Assembly (NCBI RefSeq): GCF_035084215.1
Contig: NW_027138407.1
Coordinates: forward strand, 1,116,001 to 1,180,000
DNA from: Heptranchias perlo
Lineage: Eukaryota
DNA length: 64,000 bases
Reading direction: 5' to 3'
Shown: one piece after another, positions 14,736 through 26,109 of the stretch
Layout of the letters: every line of letters begins with the position of its first letter
Numbering within the stretch: position 1 is the first letter of the stretch
Translations under genes and position numbers: made by a program
The notes under the pieces: generated by a model
The model's database searches: none
Told to the model about the DNA's origin: nothing
The model's input: only the letters and a program-made list of their open reading frames with translations

Positions 14736-15311
14736 TGACTGAAGGCACGGCCGCCAATCGTGGGGTGATCGAAATCAGGGAAGCGCAAGAGGAAAAAGTA
14801 GGAGGAGAGCAGATATATCGGATGCTTGTAGGGCTGGAGGAGGTTACACAGATAGAACTCTGCTCTGAGACCAACCACCGGTGTTGAAGGACCTATTAAG
14901 CTTCGAGTCAGATCTCCACATTGCATTTGATTACAGTTTTGGAATTGATGTCTCATTTCTTAATCGATGTGCTATGTCCAGTCCATGTCATGAAGTAACA
15001 TTTCTTTCACCATATTAATCCACACATGGCTCTCTTGAGTGTGGGAGAGGAATTCTCGGTATGCAATAAGAAAACTGGACCGCTCTTCGTGCTTTGATCA
15101 TTTGCTGCCCCCTGGTGGGCACAATTTACAATTACACTGTTTGACAATAGGAGCATGAAAATGTCCTCGTTTACCATTAGTGTTTCAAGAAGGAATAAGC
15201 ATTCAGACGCCATCTAGTCACGTCGTCTGAATGTCACAAAGCGATTCAAGTACATAGGAACGTACGAACAAGAGAAGGCCATGCAAATATTTCCACCGTT
15301 CAATTCGTGTA

Positions 15312-18300
15312 CGGTAACATAGTGGTTATGTTACTGGACTAATAATCCAAAGGCCTACACTAATAATCCGTGAATCGTGTAGTTCAAATCCCCGCCACGG
15401 CAGCTGGGAAATTTAAATTCAGTTAATTAAATAAAATCTGGAATTAAATGCTAGGATTAGTGATGGTGGCCGTGAAACGACCGGATTGTCGTAAAAACCC
15501 ATGTGGTTCACAAATTTCCTTCAGGAAAGCAAACCTGCCGTCGTTTCCTGGTCTGGCCGAAATGAGACTCCAGACCCACAACAATGTGGTTGATTCAAAC
15601 TTACCCTCTAAAATGTCCTAGCAAGCCACTTCAATTGTAAAATCTCGCTTAAAAAAAAGTCATCAGAAGAATAAAACAGGACGGTCCACTAGCCACCGAA
15701 CACGACAAAGGCAAACCCAAGTCCAGCTGACCCTGCAAAGGAGGTTTCCTTGCCCATCTTTGACCTGATGCCATGAGATCCGGAGTCAATGTTGCAAAGT
15801 CCTCCTCACTAACATCTGGGGACTTGTGCCAAAATTAGGAGAGCTGTCCCACAGACCAGTCAAGTAACAGACTGACAGAGCCATACTCACAGAATCATAC
15901 CTTTTAGCCAACGTCCCAGAATCTTCCATCACCATTTCTGGGTATGTTCTGTCCCACCGGCAGGACAGAACGACCAGAGGTGGCGGTACAGTGATATACA
16001 GTCAGGAGGGAGTGGCCCTGGGAGTCCTCAACATTGACTCTGGATCTCATGGCATCAGGTCAAAGATGGGCAAGGAGGACTGCCCTCCCTCAGCTGATGA
16101 ATCAGTCCTCCTCCATGTTGAACACAACTTGGAGGAAGCACTGAGGGCAGCAAGGGCACAGAATGTACTCTTGGTGGGGGACTTAAATGTCCATCACCAA
16201 GAAGTGGCTCGGTAGCACCACTGCTGGCCGAGTCCTGAAGGACATGGCTGCCAGACTGGGCCTGCGGCAGGTGGTGAGCGAACCAACACTAGGGAAAAAT
16301 TTACTTGACATCATCCTCACCAATCTAGCTGTTGCAAATGCATCTGTCCATGACAGCATTGGTTGGAGTGACCACTACACAGTCCTCTTGGAGATGAAGT
16401 CCCATCTTCGAACCGAGGACACCATCCAACGTGTTGTGTGGCACTAACACCGTGCTAAATGGGATAGATCAAGCAGCTCAAAGCTGGGCATTCATGAGGC
16501 GCTGTGGGCCATCAGCAGCAGCAGAATTGTATTCCACCACAATCTGTAAACTCATGGCCCGGCATATTCCTCACTCTACCATTACGAACAAGCCAGGGGA
16601 TCAACCCTGGTTCAATGAAGAGTGTAGAAGAACTTGCCAGGAGCAGCACCAAGCGTACCGAAAAATGACGTGCCAACCTGGTGAAGCAACAACTCAGGAC
16701 TACATGCATGCTAAACAGCGGAAGCAAGATGCTATAGTCAGAGCGAAGCAATTCCACAACCAACGGATCAGATCAGAGCTCTGCAGTCCTGCCACATCCA
16801 GTCATGAATGGTGGTGGACAATTAATCAACTAACGAGAGGAGGAGGATCTGCAAAAATCCCCATTCCTCAATGATGGCCGAGTCCAGCACGTGGGTGCAA
16901 AAGATCAAGGCTGAAGCGTTTGCAACCATCTTCAGCCAGAAGTGCCGAGTGGACGATTCATCTTGGCCTCCTCACGGTATCCCCACCATCACAGAAGCCA
17001 GTCTTCAGCCAATTCGATTCACTCCACGTGATATCAGAAACTGCTGAGTACACTGGATACAGCAAAGGCTATGGGCCCCGACAACACCCCGGCTGTAGGG
17101 CTGTTGACTTGTGCTCCAGAACGAGCTGCGCCTCTAGCCAAGCTGTTCCAGTACAGCTACAACACTGGCCTCTATCCGACAATGTCGAAAATTGACCAGC
17201 TATGTCCTGTCCACAAAAAGCAGGATAAGTCCAACCAGCCAATTACCGCCCCATCAGTCTGCTCTCAATCATCAGAAAAGTGATGGAAGGTGTCGTCGAC
17301 AGTGCTAAGAAGGAACACTTACTCACCAATAACCTGCTCACCGATGCTCAGTTTGGGTTCCGCCAGGACCACTCGGCTCCAGACCTCATTACAACCTTGG
17401 TCCAAACATGGACAAAAGAGCTGAATTCCAGAGGTGAGGTGAGAATGACTGCCCTTGACATCAAGGCAGCATTTGACCGAGTGTGGCACCAAGGTGCCCA
17501 AGTACAATTGAACTCAATGGGAATCAGGGGTAAACTCTCCAGTGCCTGGAGTCATACCTAGCACTAAGGAAGATGGTCGTGGTTGTTGGAGACCAATCAT
17601 CTCAGTCCCAGGGCATTGCTGCAGGAGTTCCTCACGGCAGTGTCCTCGGCCCAACCATCTTCAGCTGCTTCATCAATGACCTTCCTTCCATCATAATGTC
17701 AGAAATGGGGATGTTCGCTGATGATTGCACTGTTCAGTTCCATTCGCAACCCCTCAAATAATGAAGCAGTCCGAGCCCGCATGCTGCAAAACCTGTACAA
17801 CATCCAGGCTTGGGCTCATAAGTGGCAAGTAACATTCGGGCCAGACAAATGCCAGTCAATGACCATCTCCAACAAGAGAGAGTCTAACCACCTCCCCTTG
17901 ACATTCAACGGCATTACCATCGCCGAATCCCCCACCATCAACATCCTGGGGGTCACTATTGACCAGAAACTTAACTGGACCAGCCATATAAATACTGTGG
18001 TTACAAGAGCAGGTCAGAGGCTGCGTATTCTGTGGCGAGGGACTCACCGCCTGACTCCCCAAAGCCTTTCCACCATCTTCAAGGCACAAACCAGGAGTGT
18101 GATGGAATACTCTCCACTTGCCTGGATGAATGCAGCTTCAGCTACACTCAAGAAACTCGACACCATCCAGGACAAAGCAGCCCGCTTGATTGGCACCCCA
18201 TCCACCACCCTAAACATTCACTCCCTTCACCACCGGCGCACTGTGGCTGCAGTGTGTACCATCCACAGGATGCACTGCAGCAACTCGCCAAGGCTTCTTC

Positions 18301-18618
18301 GACAGCACCTCCCAAACCCACGACCTCTCCCACCTGGAAGGACAAGAGCAGCAGGTACATAGGAACAACACCACCTGCACGTTCCCTTCCAAGTCACATA
18401 CCACCCCGACTTGGAAGTATATCGCCGTTCCTACATTGTCGCTGGGTCAAAATCCTGGAACTCCCTTCCTAACAGCGCTGTGGGAGAACCTTCACCACAC
18501 GGACTGCATTGGTTCAAGAAGGCGGTTCACCACCACCTTCTCAAGGGGCGACTAGGGATGGGCAATAAATGCCGGCCTCGCCAGCAACGCCAACATCTCA
18601 TGAACCAATAAAAAAAAA
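15312..18618 (+). mobile_element. Near-full-length (~3.3 kb) frameshifted EN-RT LINE with tRNA-like 5' end
   Basis: Endonuclease fragments (VGDLNVHH, SDH) and RT fragments (DIKAAFDRVWH, FADD) in order; 3' poly(A); 5' A-box/B-box-like motifs tagtggtta and agttcaaatcc. Confidence 0.9.
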
Positions 18619-18844
18619 TAGATCATGGCTGATCTGCATCTTGACTCCACCTGTCCGCCTTGGTTGCGTATCCCTCAATACCCTTGCCCAACAAAAGTCT
18701 ATCGATCTTAGTTTTGACATTTTCTATTGATCTAGCCTCAACATATGTTCATGCGTGCCATTACTGAATATGAACATTTTGTTTGAAAACGACATGATTG
18801 GTCTCGATCCTTACCGAAATTAAACACCCCAAACACAAATAAAA

Positions 18845-20340
18845 GATGTCGCTATTGCAACCAATATGGGTCCCAGCTATGCATGCCTTTTTGTGGGATA
18901 CGTGTAGCATTCCTTGTTCCAGTCCTACTCAGGTTCCCTCCCTCGCCTATTTTTCCGGTATATTAATGACTGTCTCGGTGCCGCTTCCTGCTCTCGCCCT
19001 GAACTGGAAAATGTCATCAACTTTGCTTCCAATTTCCACCTTTCCCTGCTCATCACATGGACCATCTACGACTCTTCCCTTCCCTTCCTCGACTTTTCGA
19101 TTTCCATTTCTGGGGATAGGCTGTCAACCAATATTTAATATAAGCTCACGGACTCCCACAGCTACATTGATTGCACTGCTTCTCAGCCTGCTTCATCTAA
19201 GGACTCTATTCCCTTCTCCCAGTTTCTCCATCTCCGTCACATCTGTTCTGACGAAGCCACCTTCCACACCAGTGCTTCCGATATATCTTCCTTTTTCTTC
19301 AGCCAAGGATTCCCCTCCACTGTAATTGACATGTCCCCCCTTGTCCTCAACTTCCATCCCATCAGCCTCCATATTCAACGGATCATCCTCTGCCATTTCC
19401 ACCACTTCCATTGCGATGCCACTATCAAACACATATTCCCTCCGCTCCCCTTCCGAAGGGACAGTTCCTTCCATGGCACGATTGTCCACTCTTCCATCAC
19501 CCCCAACAGCCACTTTCCTACCCACGGCACCTTCCTGTGCGAGCGCAGTTGATGGAACACCTGCCCTTTCACCCCCTCCCTTCCAACCGTCCTGGGCACT
19601 AAACACTCCATTCAGGTGAAACAGCGGTTTACTGGTGCTTCTTTCAATTTAGTATACTGTATTAGCTGCTCACGATGCGGTCTCCTCTACACTGGGGAGA
19701 CTAAACGCAGATTGGGTGATCGCTTTGCTGAAAACCTCCTCTCAGTCCGCGAGCGCGAGCCTGACCCTTGCCATTTTAATTCTCTGTCCCACTCCCATTC
19801 TGACCTCTCTGTCCTCGGCCTGCTAGACTGTTCCAATGAAGCTCAACGGAAGCTTGAGGAACAGCACCTCATCTTTGAATTAGGCACATTGCAGCCTTTT
19901 GGATTCAAAATTGATTTCAATAACTTCAGATGATAACCACCGCTCCATTTTCTTCAGACAGCAGGTGCTGATAATGGTTCTGCTGTTGCCATTCACAGCT
20001 CATCTAGACTCATCTTTTGTTTCTTTACATGCCCCAATACCACCGTGTATTCCATGTACCATCACCCCTTTTGTCATTGAATTACTCCTTCCCTCCACCA
20101 TATCAAAGACCTTCCCTTTTGTTCATTCCTCCCCTCCCCTTCCTCCCTGCCTTTGCCTGACTCTGTACTTGCTTAAAAACTGTTAAATCGTTAACTTCTT
20201 CCAGTTCTGACGAAAGGTCACCGACCTGAAACGTAAACTCTGTTTCTTTCTCCAAAGATGTGCCTAATTTGCTGAGTAATTCCAGCATTTTCTGTTGTTA
20301 TATCAGATTTCCAACATCTGCGGTATTTCGCTTTGTGACT
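18845..20340 (+). mobile_element. Penelope-like element (RT + GIY-YIG endonuclease), degenerate
   Basis: MGPSYAC-like and FRYIND RT remnants; NLVYCISCSRCGLLYTGETKRRLGDRF GIY-YIG motif; terminal ctgacgaaaggtca..cctgaaacgt region. Confidence 0.85.
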
Positions 20341-20354
20341 GTGTCCAGTGAAAC

Positions 20355-20620
20355 AGGCAGACACCAAAAGGAGGGGATTGATAAAGGTGAGACTGAGCAG
20401 AGTGATAGAGATAGACACCAACCGAGGGCGATTGATAAAGCTGAGACTGAGTACATTGTTACAGAGAGACACCAACAGAGGGAGATTGATAAAGGTGAGC
20501 CTGAGTACAGTGATACAGAATGACACCAACAGACGGAAATATATAAAGATGGGACTGAGAACAGTGAGTGATATAAAGAGAAACCAATAGACGGAGATAG
20601 ATAAAACAGTGATAAACACT
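20355..20620 (+). repeat. ~54-bp minisatellite (acaccaa..gagggagattgataaaggtgagactgagtacagtgatacagag)
   Basis: About five tandem copies; inverted homologue at 54790-55145. Confidence 0.8.
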
Positions 20621-20945
20621 GAGTTGGAGCGGTCCGCTGTGAGCTCAGAGAGAGTGTGTGCTGGTGTCAGTGATAAATAAAGTGTGGGAGCTACCCGGTA
20701 TCAGCTCAGAGAAAGTGTGAGCTGGTTTCAGTGAAACTGTGAGATCCACTGAGTGGGAGCGGCCGGAGTAGGTATACTCCGAGACAGAGCTTGTTTCGTT
20801 AGTTCGACAGGAAGAAGCCTTCTGAGTTGCACATCAACCGAAAGTTTGACTCCTTGTTAATTTCCCCGAATGTAATATTCGTGTCCTGGGATTAACTCGA
20901 CCTCTATGTACATTTCTTTCAGCCGCCTTTTCATCTGTTCCGATA

Positions 20946-21279
20946 ATGTTCTGGATTTACAGAGTTTCCCTCCTGATTTATACTCTGATCTGCACGGATG
21001 TCAATGGTGAAGAAGAGGTGATACAGCTCCCTCGGGCGACGGTTGTTAGTGAAGAGGGAATCGTATCCGTGAACTGCTCCGCTACCGTTGCATTTGACTT
21101 ATTGCACTGGTACAGACAGCACCCCAATCAAACACTCCAACATCTGGTAATGGCAACAAGAGGGGCGGATAAAAACGGGAGGATCTCTGCTTCAATCGGG
21201 GTTGGTAATAAACTCAGTACCCTGACTGTGAGAGACGCCAGCGTGACAGATACCGCTACCTATTTCTGCGCCGTGAGGC
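20946..21279 (+). CDS. TRAV: TCR alpha/delta V segment, leader and V in a single exon, open frame
   Basis: Signal peptide MFWIYRVSLLIYTLICTDVNG, Cys (VNC), WYRQ, DTATYFCAV, followed directly by an RSS. Confidence 0.93.
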
Positions 21280-21318
21280 CACAGTGTAACAAACTTACAG
21301 ACAGTCCGTACAGAAACC
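21280..21318 (+). other. 23-RSS
   Basis: cacagtg + 23 nt + acagaaacc. Confidence 0.95.
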
Positions 21319-23277
21319 TGCAGTGAGGGGGAGCGCCGCTCTGCTGTGTTTTGAGTAACGGGATTGGGAGGGGTCCGTGTTTCATAATCGGAGACAACAA
21401 GAACAGAACATTAGGAAATAGAGAAGAGAGAGATTTAAATAAAGTCAGAAATAAAGAGAGTTGGAAACACAGTCAGAGGAAAACAAAGAAAAATCACTGA
21501 GGAAAGGATGAGAGGGAGAAAGAGAAAGAAAGCATTGGAATAATAATCGGACTGCAGATGACAGCAAATTAAGAAAGGAGTGAAAGAGCAATAAAATAAT
21601 GCCAGAAATAAAGAGAATTGGAAACCGGTAGAGGTAAAGAATGAGAAAGCATTATGGAAAGAATGTGTGTGAGAAAGAGATAGAGAAATAAAGCATTGTA
21701 ATAATGAGAGGGATTGAGACCAGCAATCCAGGAAAGAAGGGAAAGATAAAAGAAAGCGAAGGAAGTCAGGAACACAAAGAGAAAGGCGAAGAGAAAGCCA
21801 TGAAGAAAGAAATCCATAAGAAAACTAAGACACGCTTCCCTTCAAAATCACTCTATTTGCACAGTTTAATTGTCTCCAACACTTCTTCCAATAACCTGCA
21901 GCTGGAAACAACCCGAGAGATAAACACCTTCATTCTCCCCATTATCCTGACAGCATAAAGTTCTCAGAGTCACCGCCAGAGGGCAACGTGGTCACATGTT
22001 TCACACCGCCCCCTGGAAACTCGGTCCGAGTTTGTTGCTCCGACAAAACCACTTCCGGTTTGTGTCAATATCTGAAAACCACCTGCCTTTGTGTTTGGAG
22101 ATTTCAGCGAAGTTTTTATTCATTTTCCCGCTTTTGTTGGCTACGGTTCATCGCCAAGCTGTGTCTCCCCAAGGATATCTATTATTTCCTTTCAAATGGA
22201 CCAAATAAGTGTGAAACTTCTGATGGTTTTGTCAGCGACGTTTGGAAAATGTATCTTAAATATTAACTGTATAGAGTGAAGAACAGGCTAATGGAATGAT
22301 ATGATGTGACTGTAACCCGGATGAGGATTTTATCCCGTGTCAATAGCCATTTTCCTGACCCATGTGATAATTTCAATGCAGTTTAATGACGCCCATTGTT
22401 AGCTTCGTTAAGGCTGAATCTAACGGTTTCAAGTCACATTTGGATCCAGTGATCTCGTCGCCGCTCTCTCCAGAAATAGTGAGAAGAATTTTTCTCAAAG
22501 TGACAAAAATAGAGTGTGAATGTAGATGAAGATGTTCAGTTTATTTCACTCACTGTCACGAATCAGACTGAGGTTCTTTGTGTGGGTGGGATGGGTTCAT
22601 TCATTTTCTGCTGGGGACACACAAGGGGTAGATTTGCTCTGGTCTGTGGGATAGCGACATCTCGAACGGAGAGGAAAATCTCTTTTAAAATTGTTTCAAC
22701 CAAACAGTAAACTCATTATTATAGAATGAATTGATAATTTCACTAGTAATAGCGACCAGAGGAAATCTACCACATCGATTGGAACCAAAGATTCATCAAA
22801 GTGACAGATTAAGGCCTGTTAAATATGATCCGAATCAAACTAATTTTAAAATTTTCCTTCAAAGAAAATATTTGCAGGGCTATGGGGAAAGAGCAAGGGG
22901 AGTGGTAGTAACGGGATAGCACTTTCAAAGAGCCGCCACAGGCACGATGGGCTGAATGTCCTCCTTCTGTGCTCTACGATTCTATGAACCGGACAATACG
23001 CTCATTCGGAGACTGACTGCATCTTGAACATCAGCCTCTCCGACGAAACCGGTTATCAATTGCAAATTATTGAGACAAACCTTGTGGTAACACTGCCTGC
23101 GGCAGCCGTGCACACGGCTTCTGTTCGCAACTCTCGCCTTGCCTGCCCTGTGTCATTGGAAAGATTGCTGCAGCTGTTGCCTGATTGGTTGGATTAACAG
23201 TGCAGTTGTGCGGGGATCTGTATTCCTGCTCCGAAAGAGGACTTCCTGACTACAAAGCTACAAACTCGAGGAGCATC

Positions 23278-23800
23278 ATGCAGAACGGTATTGCACGGCA
23301 CCTGAACATTATATCACTTCTCAGTAAGTATTTCCTTCCCAGTTAAAATCCATTCTCCCCCTGACTATTGTAACCCCGATGCTATTTTGGTGAAATGANN
23401 NNNNNNNNNNNNNNNNNNNNNNNNNNNNNNNNNNNNNNNNNNNNNNNNNNNNNNNNNNNNNNNNNNNNNNNNNNNNNNNNNNNNNNNNNNNNNNNNNNNN
23501 NNNNNNNNNNNNNNNNNNNNNNNNNNNNNNNNNNNNNNNNNNNNNNNNNNNATATTAATATTATTTTTTATTAGAATGGCGCCACCAAGACGCAGTTTAA
23601 CCGTCGGTTCCTGATATGATGATTGAAGAGGAAAGTAATGTCACACTAACCTGCACCTTGAGAACAGGCCATCCTAACTCTTATGTGTACTGGTACAGTC
23701 AGCACCCCAGGAAACCTCCACAGTACGTGCTTTATATTTATGCAGGGACGCATATCCGGAACCACGATTTCACTCATCGATTCGCTCCCACGTTTAATAC
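23278..23800 (+). pseudogene. TCR V pseudogene, 3'-truncated
   Basis: Phase-1 leader 23278-23323 (gtaagt donor); V exon from 23575 has an in-frame TAA in FR1; VTLTC and YWYSQHP motifs; no YYC or RSS. The intron contains the N gap. Confidence 0.85.
23399..23551. other. Assembly gap
   Basis: Run of N. Confidence 1.
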
Positions 23801-23989
23801 TGTCTATATCCTCCTTTATATCGGCTGTGGGTGTTTCTAATAGTCAGTGAGCCGCTCTTTTAATGGGAGCCTCCGGCACTGAAAACAGAACAACATTAAA
23901 TATTTCCCACGTTTCCCTCACCTTACAGATTGACCCTGTTAAAGGGTGAACATTGGGCTTAATCCCCGTCGAGTGCTCTGCTCCCCCTC

Positions 23990-24070
23990 TGACGTCATGA
24001 AATGGAGAACAAAGGAGCTGTGAGCTGATTGGTTCTCACCTGCTGACTCGTTCAGGGTTGAACCAATCGG
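23990..24070 (+). promoter_or_regulatory. V-type promoter: CRE (TGACGTCA) and two CCAAT boxes
   Basis: tgacgtca at 23990-23997; ctgattgg ~24025; aaccaatc ~24061; 100-180 bp upstream of the leader ATG at 24170. Confidence 0.6.
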
Positions 24071-24169
24071 CAGGGTGCCCGGATATTACTCACCATCTTT
24101 CCGACTCTTGACGAAAATAATTCCAGGTTCAACCCTTCTGTTCAAATCCGCCATCAACTCTCCGCAAAC

Positions 24170-24412
24170 ATGTTGGGCGTGACTTTTTATGTATTCGTCG
24201 CTGCTGCAACTCTGTTAACTGGTAAGTTCGCAAGTTACCGTGTTTCACATCTGTATCATACATTATGTTTAACCGGTCGGTTCCTGTAACACACAAATAT
24301 CAATAGATCGATCCGAAATGAAAAAACAACCCGGATCCACCTTGACTCAACACTGAAGACTCTTTCGTGATCTCCACAGACTTCCACGGTGAACGACAGC
24401 GCACGAGTTGAG
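24170..24412 (+). pseudogene. Orphan intact leader exon plus V-exon stub
   Basis: MLGVTFYVFVAAATLLT-G|gtaagt (24170-24221); acceptor at 24379 gives DFHGERQRTS* only. Confidence 0.7.
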
Positions 24413-24623
24413 GTGAGAATACAGGCGAATGGCAGACTTCCCCGCCTCGCCGGGGTCAATGACTGAGTTTGACATACACACGAGTCTTAAACACACAGAT
24501 CATTTGGAGTTCTCCCTTCACATCACAAGAGGTGAAGACGAGGAACTGATCCCGTTTGGAGATGCAGAAGGTTCATTAAAGGACGTTTTGTTCAGTCGAT
24601 CCAAGTACCTTCCCGTTGCAGCC

Positions 24624-25069
24624 ATGAGTTGTGGGGGAATATATTTCTGTTTAGCTGCCCTGATTTACTTCTGAGGTAAGTGTTGAGTGTGACGGGCTGA
24701 TTCCGTGGACAGACAGAGTGAAATGATTTTTTTAAATTTAATATCACTCTGGGCTCTTGCAGGACATTGTCGAGGAGACTCCGTTTTCCAGTCACCAGCT
24801 GCAACCACAGTTATTGAAGGAGACGATGTTCAGTTGTTCTGTAATTACACAGCTACAAGCACCAGCAACCCTTACCTACTCTGGTACCGCCAGTATCCCA
24901 GCGGATCCATAGAGTACCTTCTGCAGAGAAACAAATACAGCCAGAACCAAGAGAAAATTCCAGGGGATCGTTTTTCTGCCAAGCTCGATGATTCGACTCA
25001 AAGCGTTCCGCTGAATGTGTTTGAAACAGAGCTGACAGACTCCGCGGTGTATTACTGCGCACTGAGCCC
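24624..25069 (+). pseudogene. TCR alpha/delta V with intact V exon (24763-25069) but a TGA stop in its proximal leader (24624-24675)
   Basis: Leader MSCGGIYFCLAALIYF*G|gtaagt; V exon DSVFQSP..LFC..WYRQYP..DSAVYYCALSP is open. Confidence 0.88.
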
Positions 25070-25108
25070 CACAGAGACACGGAGCTGGGCTGAGCCTGTA
25101 CAAAAACT
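25070..25108 (+). other. 23-RSS
   Basis: cacagag + 23 nt + acaaaaact. Confidence 0.92.
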
Positions 25109-25204
25109 ATCAGAACTTCGCTCAACATATCGGCGCTTGGGGGGAGCTTTGTGATCAGGGGCGAGCCTGAGCTGGTCCTTGTATTTCTAATCATTATTTT
25201 AATC

Positions 25205-25620
25205 CATTCTCGGGATATGGGCGTCGCTGACAAGGCCGACATTTATTGCCCATACCAATTGCCCTTTGAGAAGGTGGTGATGAACCTTCGTCTTGAACCA
25301 CTGCAGTCCGTGTGGAGAAGATGCTCCCACAGTGCTGTTAGGTAGTTAGTTCCAGGATTGTGACCCTGCGACGATGAAGGAACGGCCGATTTATGAGCAA
25401 GTCAGGATGTTTTGCTACTTGGAGTGGAAATTTGAGGTGACGGTGTTCCCGTGCAACTGCTGCCCTTGTCCTTCCAGGTGGTGGAGTTCGCGGGTTTGCT
25501 GGGTGCTGCCGAATAAACGTTGGTGAGTGGCTGCAGTGCATCCTGAAGACAGCTCACTTTGCAGCCAAGGTGCGCCGATAATGGAGGGATTGGATATTTA
25601 ATGTGGTGGAGGGTTGCACT
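25205..25620 (-). mobile_element. LINE 3' fragment (37-40 kb family)
   Basis: gggcgtcgctg...atttattgccc tail on the - strand; TLNIQSLH remnant. Confidence 0.75.
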
Positions 25621-25931
25621 TTGTACTTTAATTCTAATACATATTTACCTTTACCAATAATAAGTATATAATATATATAAATGCAGGTAGATAATTGAAA
25701 GCCTTTTATAGTGGTAACCAGGCTGATGGCTGACCGACAGATGGACAGTGGCCTGTCTGGACATCGGTCACTTGTTCTCCCTGAGCTGGTGCACCAGATT
25801 GTATCAAAGTTATCCCAGTTCAGCCAAATACGGAAAGGAATAATCGAAAACCGGGAAATGCAGGAGGGAAAAACAAACTGATGACCAGAATCCTGTCCAC
25901 AAAGGTGACGGAAATCCGGCACCAGTCTTGC

Positions 25932-26109
25932 AGTACACAGGAACAGAAAGGAGAAGGTTTCGAAATCCGTTTCTCTGCTGAGATCCAGTCCTCCGACACC
26001 TTCAGCAGTTTAACCATTTCTGTTATGCAGTTGACTGAAGCTGCCGTGTAATACGGTGCTCTCGGTGAGTCTCAGTGATGATAAGCATTTTCACCCCCTC
26101 CCATAAACT
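25932..26109 (+). pseudogene. 3' half of a TCR V with decayed 23-RSS
   Basis: QEQKGEGFEIRFSAEIQSSDTFSSLTISVMQLTEAAV*YGALGE, then ctcagtg + 23 nt + ccataaact (26071-26109). Confidence 0.85.

Noticed and set aside
15312-15400. tRNA genes (also 43636 and 62977)
   Set aside because: These are retroposon heads that continue into SINE/LINE bodies, with no clean cloverleaf.
23575-26109. Idea that the 5' V relic (23.6 kb) and 3' V relic (25.9 kb) are one split gene
   Set aside because: Both cover the CDR2/FR3 start with different sequences, so they are separate pseudogenes.
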